The notes under the pieces: model-generated
The model's input: only the letters and a program-made list of their open reading frames with translations
The model's database searches: none
Told to the model about the DNA's origin: nothing
Part shown: in pieces, positions 39,449-49,620 of the stretch
Layout: each line of letters opens with the position of its first letter
Numbering within the stretch: the stretch's first letter is position 1
Position numbers and translations under genes: made by a program
Assembly (NCBI GenBank): GCA_963793265.1
Contig: CAWBZI010000001.1
Location: 1,120,001 to 1,184,000, forward strand
Reading direction: 5' to 3'
Length of the DNA stretch: 64,000 nucleotides
Source of the DNA: an uncultured cyanobacterium
Lineage (GTDB): Bacteria; Cyanobacteriota; Cyanobacteriia; Phormidesmidales; Phormidesmidaceae

Positions 39449-39639
39449 TTTTGGCAAAGCCAAGCGGGGGCGATTTCCCTGGGAGGTTTGCCAAAACGCT
39501 AGAACCTTGATAATTCAATAGCTTTGAGAATTTTAGGGAGGGGCGATCGCGATGAATGTCAGCTATTTTTGCTGGTTTTTATGACCTTTGCCAAAACCCT
39601 CTCTGAGATCGATGTATAGTAAGGGTTCCAAAGGCCGGA
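39449..39639 (+). promoter_or_regulatory. CRISPR leader of array 2
   Basis: Same three motifs and identical spacing as leader 1. Confidence 0.85.
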
Positions 39640-42600
39640 CGCGCCAAACCCAAATCCCGATTACCGGGACTGAAACCTAACGGCTGCCGAGTAGAGCACG
39701 TAAACAACTCATTGCGCGCCAAACCCAAATCCCGATTACCGGGACTGAAACGAATGACGAAGTTTGATTTAGACGACTTTTACAGGCGCGCCAAACCCAA
39801 ATCCCGATTACCGGGACTGAAACTGGACATGTTAGGCATGAGCGCGCTTGACATGGAAGCGCGCCAAACCCAAATCCCGATTACCGGGACTGAAACTTTG
39901 GTGCAAAACGGGCAACACGACGCGCCGGTACATCGCGCCAAACCCAAATCCCGATTACCGGGACTGAAACTTGCTGCTTGAGCCATTAGCAAGTAATCCA
40001 AGTGTCCGCGCCAAACCCAAATCCCGATTACCGGGACTGAAACTACAGCAGTGACTTGACCGACCTTAAGAATCCTGCTTCGCGCCAAACCCAAATCCCG
40101 ATTACCGGGACTGAAACATTTGGCATTCATTACTGCTAATGTATCGCGAACTAAACGCGCCAAACCCAAATCCCGATTACCGGGACTGAAACAGATGCTG
40201 CAGGCTGCACTGCGCAATCGCATCGACTTATCGCGCCAAACCCAAATCCCGATTACCGGGACTGAAACTCAAGACCTTTGCTGTACTCAGCACGGGTTGA
40301 AGCTAAGCGCGCCAAACCCAAATCCCGATTACCGGGACTGAAACTAGCGCTAGGCTCGGTCTATGACAGCGAACGGCTACGGCCGCGCCAAACCCAAATC
40401 CCGATTACCGGGACTGAAACATTACGCGCAACTGCCATCAGATGCACCCAATCAGTCGCGCCAAACCCAAATCCCGATTACCGGGACTGAAACATCTAGC
40501 CGAAGACTTGCCAGCCGCAAGTTCTACTAAGCCGCGCCAAACCCAAATCCCGATTACCGGGACTGAAACATCGTGATGCTGCAGAGACGTTCGCGAGCAA
40601 TCTGAGCGCGCCAAACCCAAATCCCGATTACCGGGACTGAAACACAGCGGCAGTGCTGCAGACGATTGACAGCAGTCGGACCGCGCCAAACCCAAATCCC
40701 GATTACCGGGACTGAAACCGTCGATCGCAAGCTTCGACAGCGTTAAGCCGTATCAACGCGCCAAACCCAAATCCCGATTACCGGGACTGAAACGTTGACT
40801 ACTAGTCTGCAAGCAGCATTCGCTCCGCGTCGCGCCAAACCCAAATCCCGATTACCGGGACTGAAACTTAGCTACTGCTGAACTGCGCACAGGCGAACTG
40901 ACTGGCGCGCCAAACCCAAATCCCGATTACCGGGACTGAAACTCAACGACTGCTAGTCCGCTCAAGTGCCGACTGCACGCGCGCCAAACCCAAATCCCGA
41001 TTACCGGGACTGAAACGCTAGTTGGCTCAGGCTGGTTCGAATACTAGTCGACGCGCCAAACCCAAATCCCGATTACCGGGACTGAAACGATCAGCTGATG
41101 TACGCCGATAGTCGTTGAATCAGCGCGCGCCAAACCCAAATCCCGATTACCGGGACTGAAACGATAGTCGTGACTGTAGCCAGCGATTCAAGCGCGTCGC
41201 GCGCCAAACCCAAATCCCGATTACCGGGACTGAAACTTGCAGCTTGCCAGACTTGAAGGTCAGCTAAATTTTTCGCGCCAAACCCAAATCCCGATTACCG
41301 GGACTGAAACGATCTGCGATCGCACTAGCGCCTCGCCGCGTATCTGTCCGCGCCAAACCCAAATCCCGATTACCGGGACTGAAACAAGCAATCTTCTAGA
41401 CTTCACATCGGAGTTCAATGCTCTCGCGCCAAACCCAAATCCCGATTACCGGGACTGAAACGATGATTGCGAATGTCTGTTAGCTTGATTTGCGACAGCG
41501 CGCCAAACCCAAATCCCGATTACCGGGACTGAAACAACAATCTGCTAGACTTCCAATGCGGGTTCAATGCTGCCGCGCCAAACCCAAATCCCGATTACCG
41601 GGACTGAAACATTAGATGCGCTGTCCGAACTCGCGGAGAGAATCGCAGCGCGCCAAACCCAAATCCCGATTACCGGGACTGAAACGCAGCGGCGTTGCAG
41701 ACTCGACTACGCAAGCGTACAGCGCGCCAAACCCAAATCCCGATTACCGGGACTGAAACGCGTAGGGATAGACGTGGTGCCGACTGCTAATCACCGCGCG
41801 CCAAACCCAAATCCCGATTACCGGGACTGAAACATTCCAGACACTATCAGAGCCGTAGCAAGCGCTGATACGCGCCAAACCCAAATCCCGATTACCGGGA
41901 CTGAAACTCTAGAATAGCGTTATGGATTAGCGCACGTATGCTAACCCGCGCCAAACCCAAATCCCGATTACCGGGACTGAAACCATTGGACACTATCAGA
42001 CTGCGACTGTCAGGTGTCTGTCCGCGCCAAACCCAAATCCCGATTACCGGGACTGAAACACAGTGCTATCAACGTCCGGACTAACGCTGGACAGCAGGCG
42101 CGCCAAACCCAAATCCCGATTACCGGGACTGAAACTTAGCATCGTCAGTGAGCAGTTCCGGCCAAGCCTGTTGCCGCGCCAAACCCAAATCCCGATTACC
42201 GGGACTGAAACATCTGAATCTATTAGACTGTATGTGCTAGGACTGTTAGCGCGCCAAACCCAAATCCCGATTACCGGGACTGAAACTAGACAGACTCGGA
42301 CTGGCTCAGCATCAGCAGCTATCGCGCCAAACCCAAATCCCGATTACCGGGACTGAAACAATCCGAATCACTTTATGCCCTGGGCGCATCTCTTGCCGCG
42401 CCAAACCCAAATCCCGATTACCGGGACTGAAACGGATCTCAGCAGATGGCATTACCGCTGGCCTAGCTACGCGCCAAACCCAAATCCCGATTACCGGGAC
42501 TGAAACACAAACGCAGACAAGCAGCTTAAAATCGCCTGCAAGCGCGCCAAACCCAAATCCCGATTACCGGGACTGAAACATTTGATTCGCTATAGTATCA

Positions 42601-43773
42601 GTCGGCAGGCTTTGATCCGCGCCAAACCCAAATCCCGATTACCGGGACTGAAACATTCGGACAATGCAGCTGATCATAACGAGCTCTAGATTCCGCGCCA
42701 AACCCAAATCCCGATTACCGGGACTGAAACGTGGGTGAGCGTTAGTCATCGCGAGAACGTTTCGATGCCGCGCCAAACCCAAATCCCGATTACCGGGACT
42801 GAAACTGTTCGGCGCTCCAATAACGACTGCCACGCTGACCGCACCCGCGCCAAACCCAAATCCCGATTACCGGGACTGAAACTCCTCTACGACCTCTTCT
42901 AGGGAGATGAGTCGGCTTCGCGCCAAACCCAAATCCCGATTACCGGGACTGAAACATCGACAGCAGCGGCACGATCGGACACATTTTCGATCGCGCCAAA
43001 CCCAAATCCCGATTACCGGGACTGAAACGTCTCAGCAGCATCGGCATTAGCCTCTAGTCTAGCTAGCGCGCCAAACCCAAATCCCGATTACCGGGACTGA
43101 AACGAGCTCTCCAAGATAGACGAGGCACACGACTCGACCCCCGCGCCAAACCCAAATCCCGATTACCGGGACTGAAACATCGCCTCTGCCACCGATAGAG
43201 TATTGCGAACATCCGCGCCAAACCCAAATCCCGATTACCGGGACTGAAACTCATGCGTTTACCTACAGCCGGTACGTATTAGACCTGTCGCGCCAAACCC
43301 AAATCCCGATTACCGGGACTGAAACACGTGCTGAGCTGACCGAGACAGGACGTAGCACTAGAGCGCGCCAAACCCAAATCCCGATTACCGGGACTGAAAC
43401 ACCTCATCCCAATCAGCAATGCAACTGACAGCCAAGGCCGCGCCAAACCCAAATCCCGATTACCGGGACTGAAACCTGCTGAAGGTGTTAGAGCTGAATG
43501 CGCGGGGCGGGCCTTCTGACGCGCCAAACCCAAATCCCGATTACCGGGACTGAAACGAATTAGACCGCTATGAAACAGTCATCCTGTCTAATCGCGCCAA
43601 ACCCAAATCCCGATTACCGGGACTGAAACCACATCGAAGGGCAGCGGCCCCGGTTCGTGAGCCCACGCGCCAAACCCAAATCCCGATTACCGGGACTGAA
43701 AATTTCAACTGCGCTATTGTATGGGGGTAGCAAACACACGCCAAACCCAAATCCTGATTACCGGGAGTAAGTC
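39640..43773 (+). CRISPR. CRISPR array 2 (type I-D), about 56 repeats and 55 spacers
   Basis: 37-nt repeat CGCGCCAAACCCAAATCCCGATTACCGGGACTGAAAC. The penultimate repeat ends GAAAA and the terminal repeat 43737-43773 is degenerate. Counted by hand. Confidence 0.98.
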
Positions 43774-43774
43774 G

Positions 43775-44035
43775 ATGAGCCCAGCTTTATCTAAAATGAT
43801 AAACGAGCTAAGTCAGCTCTCGCCTCAAGAACAGTGGACATTGTTAGGATACCTAACAAATCGGTTGCAAGACACTGTTCGCTTAGACGAAGCATCATCT
43901 AAGTTGAAACCTACAACGGAGATGGGGAATGCCCTTTCTATCTTCGAAGAGACTAGAGGAATGTGGGGCAGTAGCAGCCTGACATCAATAGATGACGAAC
44001 TCAGTAGACAAAGGCAAAACGACTGGGGAGAATGA
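43775..44035 (+). CDS. Putative VapB-like antitoxin
   Basis: MSPALSKMINELSQLSPQEQ...RGMWG...RQRQNDW; directly upstream of a PIN gene; GGAG 7 nt upstream of the ATG. Confidence 0.7.
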   Translation: MSPALSKMINELSQLSPQEQWTLLGYLTNRLQDTVRLDEASSKLKPTTEMGNALSIFEETRGMWGSSSLTSIDDELSRQRQNDWGE

Positions 44036-44438
44036 GCCCGACATCGCAAAACTAATTTTTGATACTAATATCTTCATCTACCATTTCAACAATCAGCTAG
44101 GCGAGCTAGGAACCGATCTTCTTAAGCAAGGACTGCTGAACTCAGGCGCTTATTCAGTCATTTCAAAAATTGAGGTACTAGGCTTCAAGCAGTCCAAAGC
44201 TGATGATACGAAAGCTCGACAGTTTTTGTCTCAGCTCGTCGAACTACCGCTGACCGCCAAAGTTACAGAACGAACAATTTCAATTCGCCAGAATTTAAAG
44301 ATAAAAACGCCTGATGCCATCATTGCAGCTACAGCAATAGAGCACTCACACCGCCTAGTGACTCGCAACTCAAGTGACTCCAGCAAAATCGAGGATTTAG
44401 ACTGGCTGAATCCTTTCATAGAACAAGACCACTCGTAA
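43992..44438 (+). CDS. vapC: PIN-domain (VapC) toxin, start possibly frameshifted
   Basis: IFDTNIFIY, ISKIEVLG, KTPDAIIAATA and LVTRN motifs. Confidence 0.8.
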   Translation: MTNSVDKGKTTGENEPDIAKLIFDTNIFIYHFNNQLGELGTDLLKQGLLNSGAYSVISKIEVLGFKQSKADDTKARQFLSQLVELPLTAKVTERTISIRQNLKIKTPDAIIAATAIEHSHRLVTRNSSDSSKIEDLDWLNPFIEQDHS

Positions 44439-44462
44439 TTGTGATGAATTCGTGTGAAACAT

Positions 44463-44492
44463 TTGACACATCAAAAATACTGCTGATACGCT
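44463..44492 (+). promoter_or_regulatory. Sigma70-type promoter
   Basis: TTGACA (44463-44468), 18-nt spacer containing an extended TG, TACGCT (44487-44492). Confidence 0.6.
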
Positions 44493-44498
44493 GTATCT

Positions 44499-44672
44499 TA
44501 CGGTTGTTCTCGCAACAACCTAACGACCGTCTTGAAAAAACTAGCCATTGTCGGCGTTGGCTGGAACCCAACACCGACAACTAACCTCTGAACTGATTAG
44601 ACCAGTAAAGAGGCTGTGGGTATCATCCCACAGCCACCCTGGCGCTTGGCAAGTCGGAGTGGCTATTTTTTT
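44499..44672 (+). ncRNA. Structured leader RNA / candidate attenuator
   Basis: Hairpins at 44502-44520, 44548-44580, 44585-44613 and 44612-44635, and a terminator-like stem at 44632-44664 followed by T7. Confidence 0.5.
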
Positions 44673-44707
44673 CTGGGTTTTCTTCAACCACTCACCCGAA
44701 GAACCCA

Positions 44708-45033
44708 TGAAAATCATGACTTTCACAGCCAATCAACCGCTACAAGCCCGTCCAACAGCTCACCCAGAAACTCGCCAAATTATTACCCAGGCCATCACTC
44801 AATCTGAGCCAACCACCGCCCTACAGCTTTCGTCAAACGGCACCGATCCCGGCGAATCTCTCCGGCATATTTTACTGGGTAGCCCCAGCGCTATCCAACA
44901 GACCATTCACCTACTCCACAAGCTTCACTACGCCGAAACCCTCTTGTGGACACCCATCCTCACCATCGAAGAACCGTTGAACATTACACCTGCGCAAGGC
45001 GAAGCAATCAGCCTGCTCAAAAAGCAAATATAG
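44708..45033 (+). CDS. Conserved cyanobacterial hypothetical protein
   Basis: LRHILLGSPSAIQQTIHLLHKLHYAE...W...GEAISLL pattern; start ATG near 44708 is approximate. Confidence 0.6.
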
Positions 45034-45091
45034 CCAAAGGTGCATTCGCAGGCTGGCTATAAAACAAACCAGCCTGCGAATACAAACAAAT

Positions 45092-45274
45092 CTAAAACAG
45101 CACTTGACCTGAATACTCGCCCGACTGCCGAGCCCCGTCCGACTCCATATCAGAATACTCACGCGCTGACATCACCTGGCTAGCCACCAGTAGCATCAAC
45201 AGCAGCACAAACGGGATCGATACAAAATTAAACAACAACTTACACCAAGCTTCACTAAAAGAAGACTGATACAC
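45092..45274 (-). CDS. Possible small single-pass membrane protein
   Basis: 60-aa ORF with one hydrophobic helix; no other support. Confidence 0.3.
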   Translation of the reverse strand: MYQSSFSEAWCKLLFNFVSIPFVLLLMLLVASQVMSAREYSDMESDGARQSGEYSGQVLF

Positions 45275-45618
45275 AGCGAAACCTCACGAGCAACGAAAAT
45301 TAGGAGCGAAGAGAAGACAAAGCGAAAAGACGAAGCGGCTCCCTTGTGTATTCATTCTCCATGTCATAGATGCCCATAGCCGGACGGTTAGTGACACAAC
45401 CAAAAGTGGTTTGTCACAAATCTTTCAAAAGGTATACGCACGAGGTCGTACAAACCGTACTCAAAGCTTGTTTTTGTATCAGCGGCCACTCTGACTAACA
45501 GCAACAACTTTTACGTATTAGCAGCTAAACGTAAAGGTATCAAGAACTGCATTCGATACCCTTGTATTCGCCCGATCGCGCTGTAAAATCCTTAATAGCT
45601 TGGAAAAAGGACTTGAAA

Positions 45619-46290
45619 ATGCCACTTGACAAGGTTTCTACACTGCTCAGCAGCATCAGCTTAGGATGCTTACTCCTGACGGGCGCGCCTGCTAAGGCCC
45701 AATCAGCCACCATCCATCAGCTCGGCGTCCTCGACAGCGCCGATCCTCAGATGAGTGACGGCAGCTACTTCGACAGCTACGAAATTGCCGGAACCGCCGG
45801 AGAGCGCGTCACCATCTCGCTCAACAGCTCAGAATTCGACACCTTTCTAGGAATCTTAGACAGCGAAGACAATCTGTTAGCCAGCAACGACGACGCCAGC
45901 GACACCAACCGCAACTCATTTATTTCCCTAACCCTACCGGCCAACGGCATTTACACAGTCGTGACCACCACCTTTACCCCCTCAGCCAGCGGCGGCTACC
46001 GGCTCTCCATGCGCAACTTCAACGCGCCGCCCACTACTACTAGCACTACCCAAACCGCCTCATCCGGCCTATCCCCCGTCTTCAATCCCCTCGCCCTGCT
46101 CGCCATTGGGTTCGCACTCGACAGCTTCTTTGGCGGCGGCGGCGGCAGTGCTGATCCCTATCCCGACCCTAGCCAAGACCCGCTCTTACGAGACATGAAC
46201 CGACCCCAACGAAGCGCACCGCTGCCGCCACCCCGGCCCATCCCACCCGTAGGTGGCCCCTGCGGCCTGTATGGCAGCGGGCCTTGCTGA
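45619..46290 (+). CDS. Exported protein with PPC (pre-peptidase C-terminal) domain and Pro-rich tail
   Basis: Signal peptide; DGSYFDSY, FDTFLGILD, LASNDD and LPANGIYTV motifs. Confidence 0.75.
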   Translation: MPLDKVSTLLSSISLGCLLLTGAPAKAQSATIHQLGVLDSADPQMSDGSYFDSYEIAGTAGERVTISLNSSEFDTFLGILDSEDNLLASNDDASDTNRNSFISLTLPANGIYTVVTTTFTPSASGGYRLSMRNFNAPPTTTSTTQTASSGLSPVFNPLALLAIGFALDSFFGGGGGSADPYPDPSQDPLLRDMNRPQRSAPLPPPRPIPPVGGPCGLYGSGPC

Positions 46291-46335
46291 AGTAGTCCCA
46301 AAGCTATCGACGTTGCGAGCAGTATTCAGAGGCAA

Positions 46336-49300
46336 TCATGATGCAGAATGCTGCTTGAGCACGTCTTTTAGATATTTGCCTGTGTAAGAAGCTTCCACCT
46401 CAGCGACTTCCTCGGGTGTGCCCTCAGCAATAATTTCGCCACCGCGATCGCCCCCCTCAGGCCCTAAGTCAATCACCCAGTCACAGCACCGAATCATATC
46501 CAAGTTGTGCTCAATCATAATCACCGAATTACCCTTATCCACTAGGCGCTGCACCACATCTAGCAGCTTGTGCACATCATAAAAAGAGAGTCCAGTCGTC
46601 GGCTCATCAATTAAATACAGCGTTTTACCCGTAGACCTGCGCGCCAGCTCGCTTGCCAGCTTCATCCGCTGCGCCTCACCACCTGAAAGCGTCGGCGCAG
46701 TTTGGCCCAGGCGCACATAGCCTAAGCCCACATCCACCATCGTCTGCAACCGGCTCGCCGCCTTCGGAATGTTCTCAAAAAAGGTCAGCGCCTCTTCAGC
46801 CGTGGTATGCAGCACATCCGAGATATTCTTCGCCTTGTACTTTACCTGAAGCGTCTCACGGTTGTAGCGCGCGCCCTTGCACACCTCACACTCCACATAC
46901 ACATCTGGTAAAAAGTTCATTTCAATGACATTCACACCCTGCCCGCCGCAGGCTTCACAGCGCCCGCCCTTCACATTGAACGAAAACTGCCCGCGCTTAT
47001 AGCCCCGCGCCTTCGCCTCAATTGTCTCGGTGTACAAATCGCGCACCACGTCAAAAATGCCGGTATACGTCGCCGGGTTAGAGCGTGGCGTCCGCCCAAT
47101 CGGAGACTGGTCGATCACAATTGCCTTGTCTAGCGCCTTGAGTCCTTTAATCGGCTCCATCTCTTTAGGCTCAGGAATTTTGCTGCCAAAGAAGTGACGA
47201 ATCGCCGGATACAACAGATCGTTAATTAACGTCGATTTGCCCGATCCCGACACGCCCGTAATGCAAACAAACTTGCCCAGCGGAATATCCACATCAACAT
47301 TCTGCAAGTTGTTGCGGTGCGCGTTGCGAATTTGAATACTGCGCCCGTTCCCTGCTCTGCGCTCAGTCGGCGTGGCAATCTTTTTACGCCCCGATAGATA
47401 TGCCCCGGTCAGCGATTCCTCCGAGTTCAAAATGTCTTCTAGCTGGCCTTGGGCGACAATATTGCCGCCGTGAATTCCCGCCCCAGGGCCAATATCCACA
47501 ATGTAGTCCGCCGCTCGCATGGTGTCTTCATCGTGCTCCACCACCACCAGCGTATTGCCCAGCTCCTTCAGCCGATCCAGCGTCTTCAGCAGGCGATCGT
47601 TGTCTCGTTGGTGCAAGCCAATGCTCGGCTCGTCAAGCACATACAGCACGCCGCTCAGGCCCGCGCCAATCTGCGTCGCCAGTCGAATCCGCTGCGCTTC
47701 GCCACCCGAAAGCGTTCGCGCCGTTCTGTCTAGCGTGAGGTAGTCCAGCCCGACATCAAGTAAAAAGGTCAGCCGCGCCTTAATCTCTTTGAGCACCAGT
47801 TCACCAATGGCAATTTGGCGGTTTGTTAGCTTAGGCGCTTCGCCATTTTCACCCACCAGCTCGAAGACGCGATCGCGACATTCCCGAATCGAAACGCTGG
47901 TAAAATCCTTAATGTTATAAGGCCCAATCTTCACCGCCAAAGACTCCGGCTTCAGCTTCGCCCCATGGCAGGTTTCGCAGGGCTGATCGATCAAATACTT
48001 CTCTAGCTTTTGCTTATAGGTATCTGACGAAGACTCCTGATACTGCCTTTGCAACATCGGCAATACGCCCTCATAGCGGCGATGATAGCCCTTCTGCGTG
48101 CCGTAGCGAGAATCCGTTTCGATGTAGATTTTCTCTTTAGAGCCGTGCAAAATCGTGTGCATCTGCTCCTTTTCGAGCGTTTGCCACTGCGACTGTAGCT
48201 CGAAGCCAAACGCCTGACCCACGCTGTAGAGCAAAGAGAAATAGTAGGTATTGTCCTTTTCTGACCAGGGGGCGATCGCGGCATACACAGGCGCAGTCAA
48301 ATCAGGCACCACCAGCTCCGCCGAAAACCGCCGCAGGCTCCCCAAACCATGACAGTCCGGGCAGGCCCCATAGGGTGAGTTAAACGAAAACAAACGCGGC
48401 GATAGCTCATCCATCACCGCCCCGTGCTCAGGGCAGGCAAAATTCTCAGAGAAAATCAGCTCATCCGGCAGCGCGTTCTCAGGCTGCTCTTTCTTAGCGT
48501 CTCCCGAATCGTCCTTTCTTGCAGGCAAAATATCAATAATCGCGATTCCATCCGACCGACTCAGCGCTGTGGTCAGCGAATCCACCAGCCGCTCCTGCAA
48601 ATCGTCCTTTTTCACCAGACGATCAACCACCACCTCAATATCGTGCGTCTTATTCTTATCCAGCTCGATATTATCGCCCAGCTCACGCGCCTCTTTGTTA
48701 ATGCGCACCCGCACAAAGCCCTCAGCCGCCAACGCCGACAGCAGCTTTTGATGCGTTCCCTTTTTCCCACGCACCACAGGCGCTAAAATCTGAAACCGCG
48801 TTTTATCCGGCAGCTCCATCACCTGATCGACCATTTGATCGATGCTCTGTGGCGCAATCGATCTGTCGCACACTGGGCAATGCGGCTGACCAGCTCGGCC
48901 ATACAGCAAACGAAAATAGTCATAGATCTCCGTTACCGTACCCACCGTCGAACGCGGGTTATGCGAGGTTGACTTTTGATCGATCGAAATCGCCGGGCTC
49001 AGGCCCTCAATTGCATCTACATCCGGCTTGTCCACCTGGCCCAAAAACTGCCGGGCGTAGGCACTCAGCGACTCCACATAGCGCCTTTGCCCTTCGGCAA
49101 AAATCGTATCGAACGCCAGCGACGACTTACCCGAGCCCGAAACCCCGGTAAACACAATCATCTTGTCACGCGGCAAATCAAGGCTAATATCCTTGAGGTT
49201 GTGCTGCCGCGCGCCGCTAATACGGATCAGGTTCTTAGTATCAGAAAGATCCAGGTCACCACCCGCCAAACCTATCGGCGCATCAACGTGAGCAGCGGGC

Positions 49301-49428
49301 CTATCTTTGGCCGTTTTTGTAGACTTTCGAGTCGTTTTTTTCTGAGTTTTAGCCGCTTTAGCCTTAGCTCCGTTAGAGGCTGTAGTAGGGTTTTTATCCG
49401 AATCAGGCTTTTTTTTGGATGAAGGCAT
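46336..49428 (-). CDS. uvrA: Excinuclease ABC subunit A
   Basis: Two GVSGSGKS Walker A motifs, two LSGGEAQR signatures and zinc fingers. Confidence 0.98.
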   Translation of the reverse strand: MPSSKKKPDSDKNPTTASNGAKAKAAKTQKKTTRKSTKTAKDRPAAHVDAPIGLAGGDLDLSDTKNLIRISGARQHNLKDISLDLPRDKMIVFTGVSGSGKSSLAFDTIFAEGQRRYVESLSAYARQFLGQVDKPDVDAIEGLSPAISIDQKSTSHNPRSTVGTVTEIYDYFRLLYGRAGQPHCPVCDRSIAPQSIDQMVDQVMELPDKTRFQILAPVVRGKKGTHQKLLSALAAEGFVRVRINKEARELGDNIELDKNKTHDIEVVVDRLVKKDDLQERLVDSLTTALSRSDGIAIIDILPARKDDSGDAKKEQPENALPDELIFSENFACPEHGAVMDELSPRLFSFNSPYGACPDCHGLGSLRRFSAELVVPDLTAPVYAAIAPWSEKDNTYYFSLLYSVGQAFGFELQSQWQTLEKEQMHTILHGSKEKIYIETDSRYGTQKGYHRRYEGVLPMLQRQYQESSSDTYKQKLEKYLIDQPCETCHGAKLKPESLAVKIGPYNIKDFTSVSIRECRDRVFELVGENGEAPKLTNRQIAIGELVLKEIKARLTFLLDVGLDYLTLDRTARTLSGGEAQRIRLATQIGAGLSGVLYVLDEPSIGLHQRDNDRLLKTLDRLKELGNTLVVVEHDEDTMRAADYIVDIGPGAGIHGGNIVAQGQLEDILNSEESLTGAYLSGRKKIATPTERRAGNGRSIQIRNAHRNNLQNVDVDIPLGKFVCITGVSGSGKSTLINDLLYPAIRHFFGSKIPEPKEMEPIKGLKALDKAIVIDQSPIGRTPRSNPATYTGIFDVVRDLYTETIEAKARGYKRGQFSFNVKGGRCEACGGQGVNVIEMNFLPDVYVECEVCKGARYNRETLQVKYKAKNISDVLHTTAEEALTFFENIPKAASRLQTMVDVGLGYVRLGQTAPTLSGGEAQRMKLASELARRSTGKTLYLIDEPTTGLSFYDVHKLLDVVQRLVDKGNSVIMIEHNLDMIRCCDWVIDLGPEGGDRGGEIIAEGTPEEVAEVEASYTGKYLKDVLKQHSAS

Positions 49429-49620
49429 GGGCGAAATTAGAGGCCGAGAGTGGCGATTTTACGGACGCTTGAAAGCATTTCTTCATAATAAACCACCGCG
49501 ATCGCTCTGAGCAGGTTCGGTTAATATGCAGCAGATTACACTTCGGATGTATCCGTTTATCGTTACCTCCCAATAGCCCACCCCGTCCCTGCGCGCCGCC
49601 TCTCAAAAGCCCACAAGACT

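Noticed and set aside
40345..43363. CTAG-rich run of spacers and a shared 12-mer gacactatcaga, suggesting a single phage source
   Set aside because: The host sequence is itself CTAG-rich, and no statistical test or protospacer search was possible.
39712..43750. Many ORFs across array 2 (RAKPKSRLPGLK, FSPGNRDLGLAR)
   Set aside because: Artefacts of the repeat lacking stop codons.
24800..44500. CRISPR-associated transposon, RT-Cas1 fusion or CreTA-like mini-array
   Set aside because: No tns/tniQ or RT genes; cas3' and the HD motifs are intact; no isolated repeat-like sequence seen in the short intergenic gaps.
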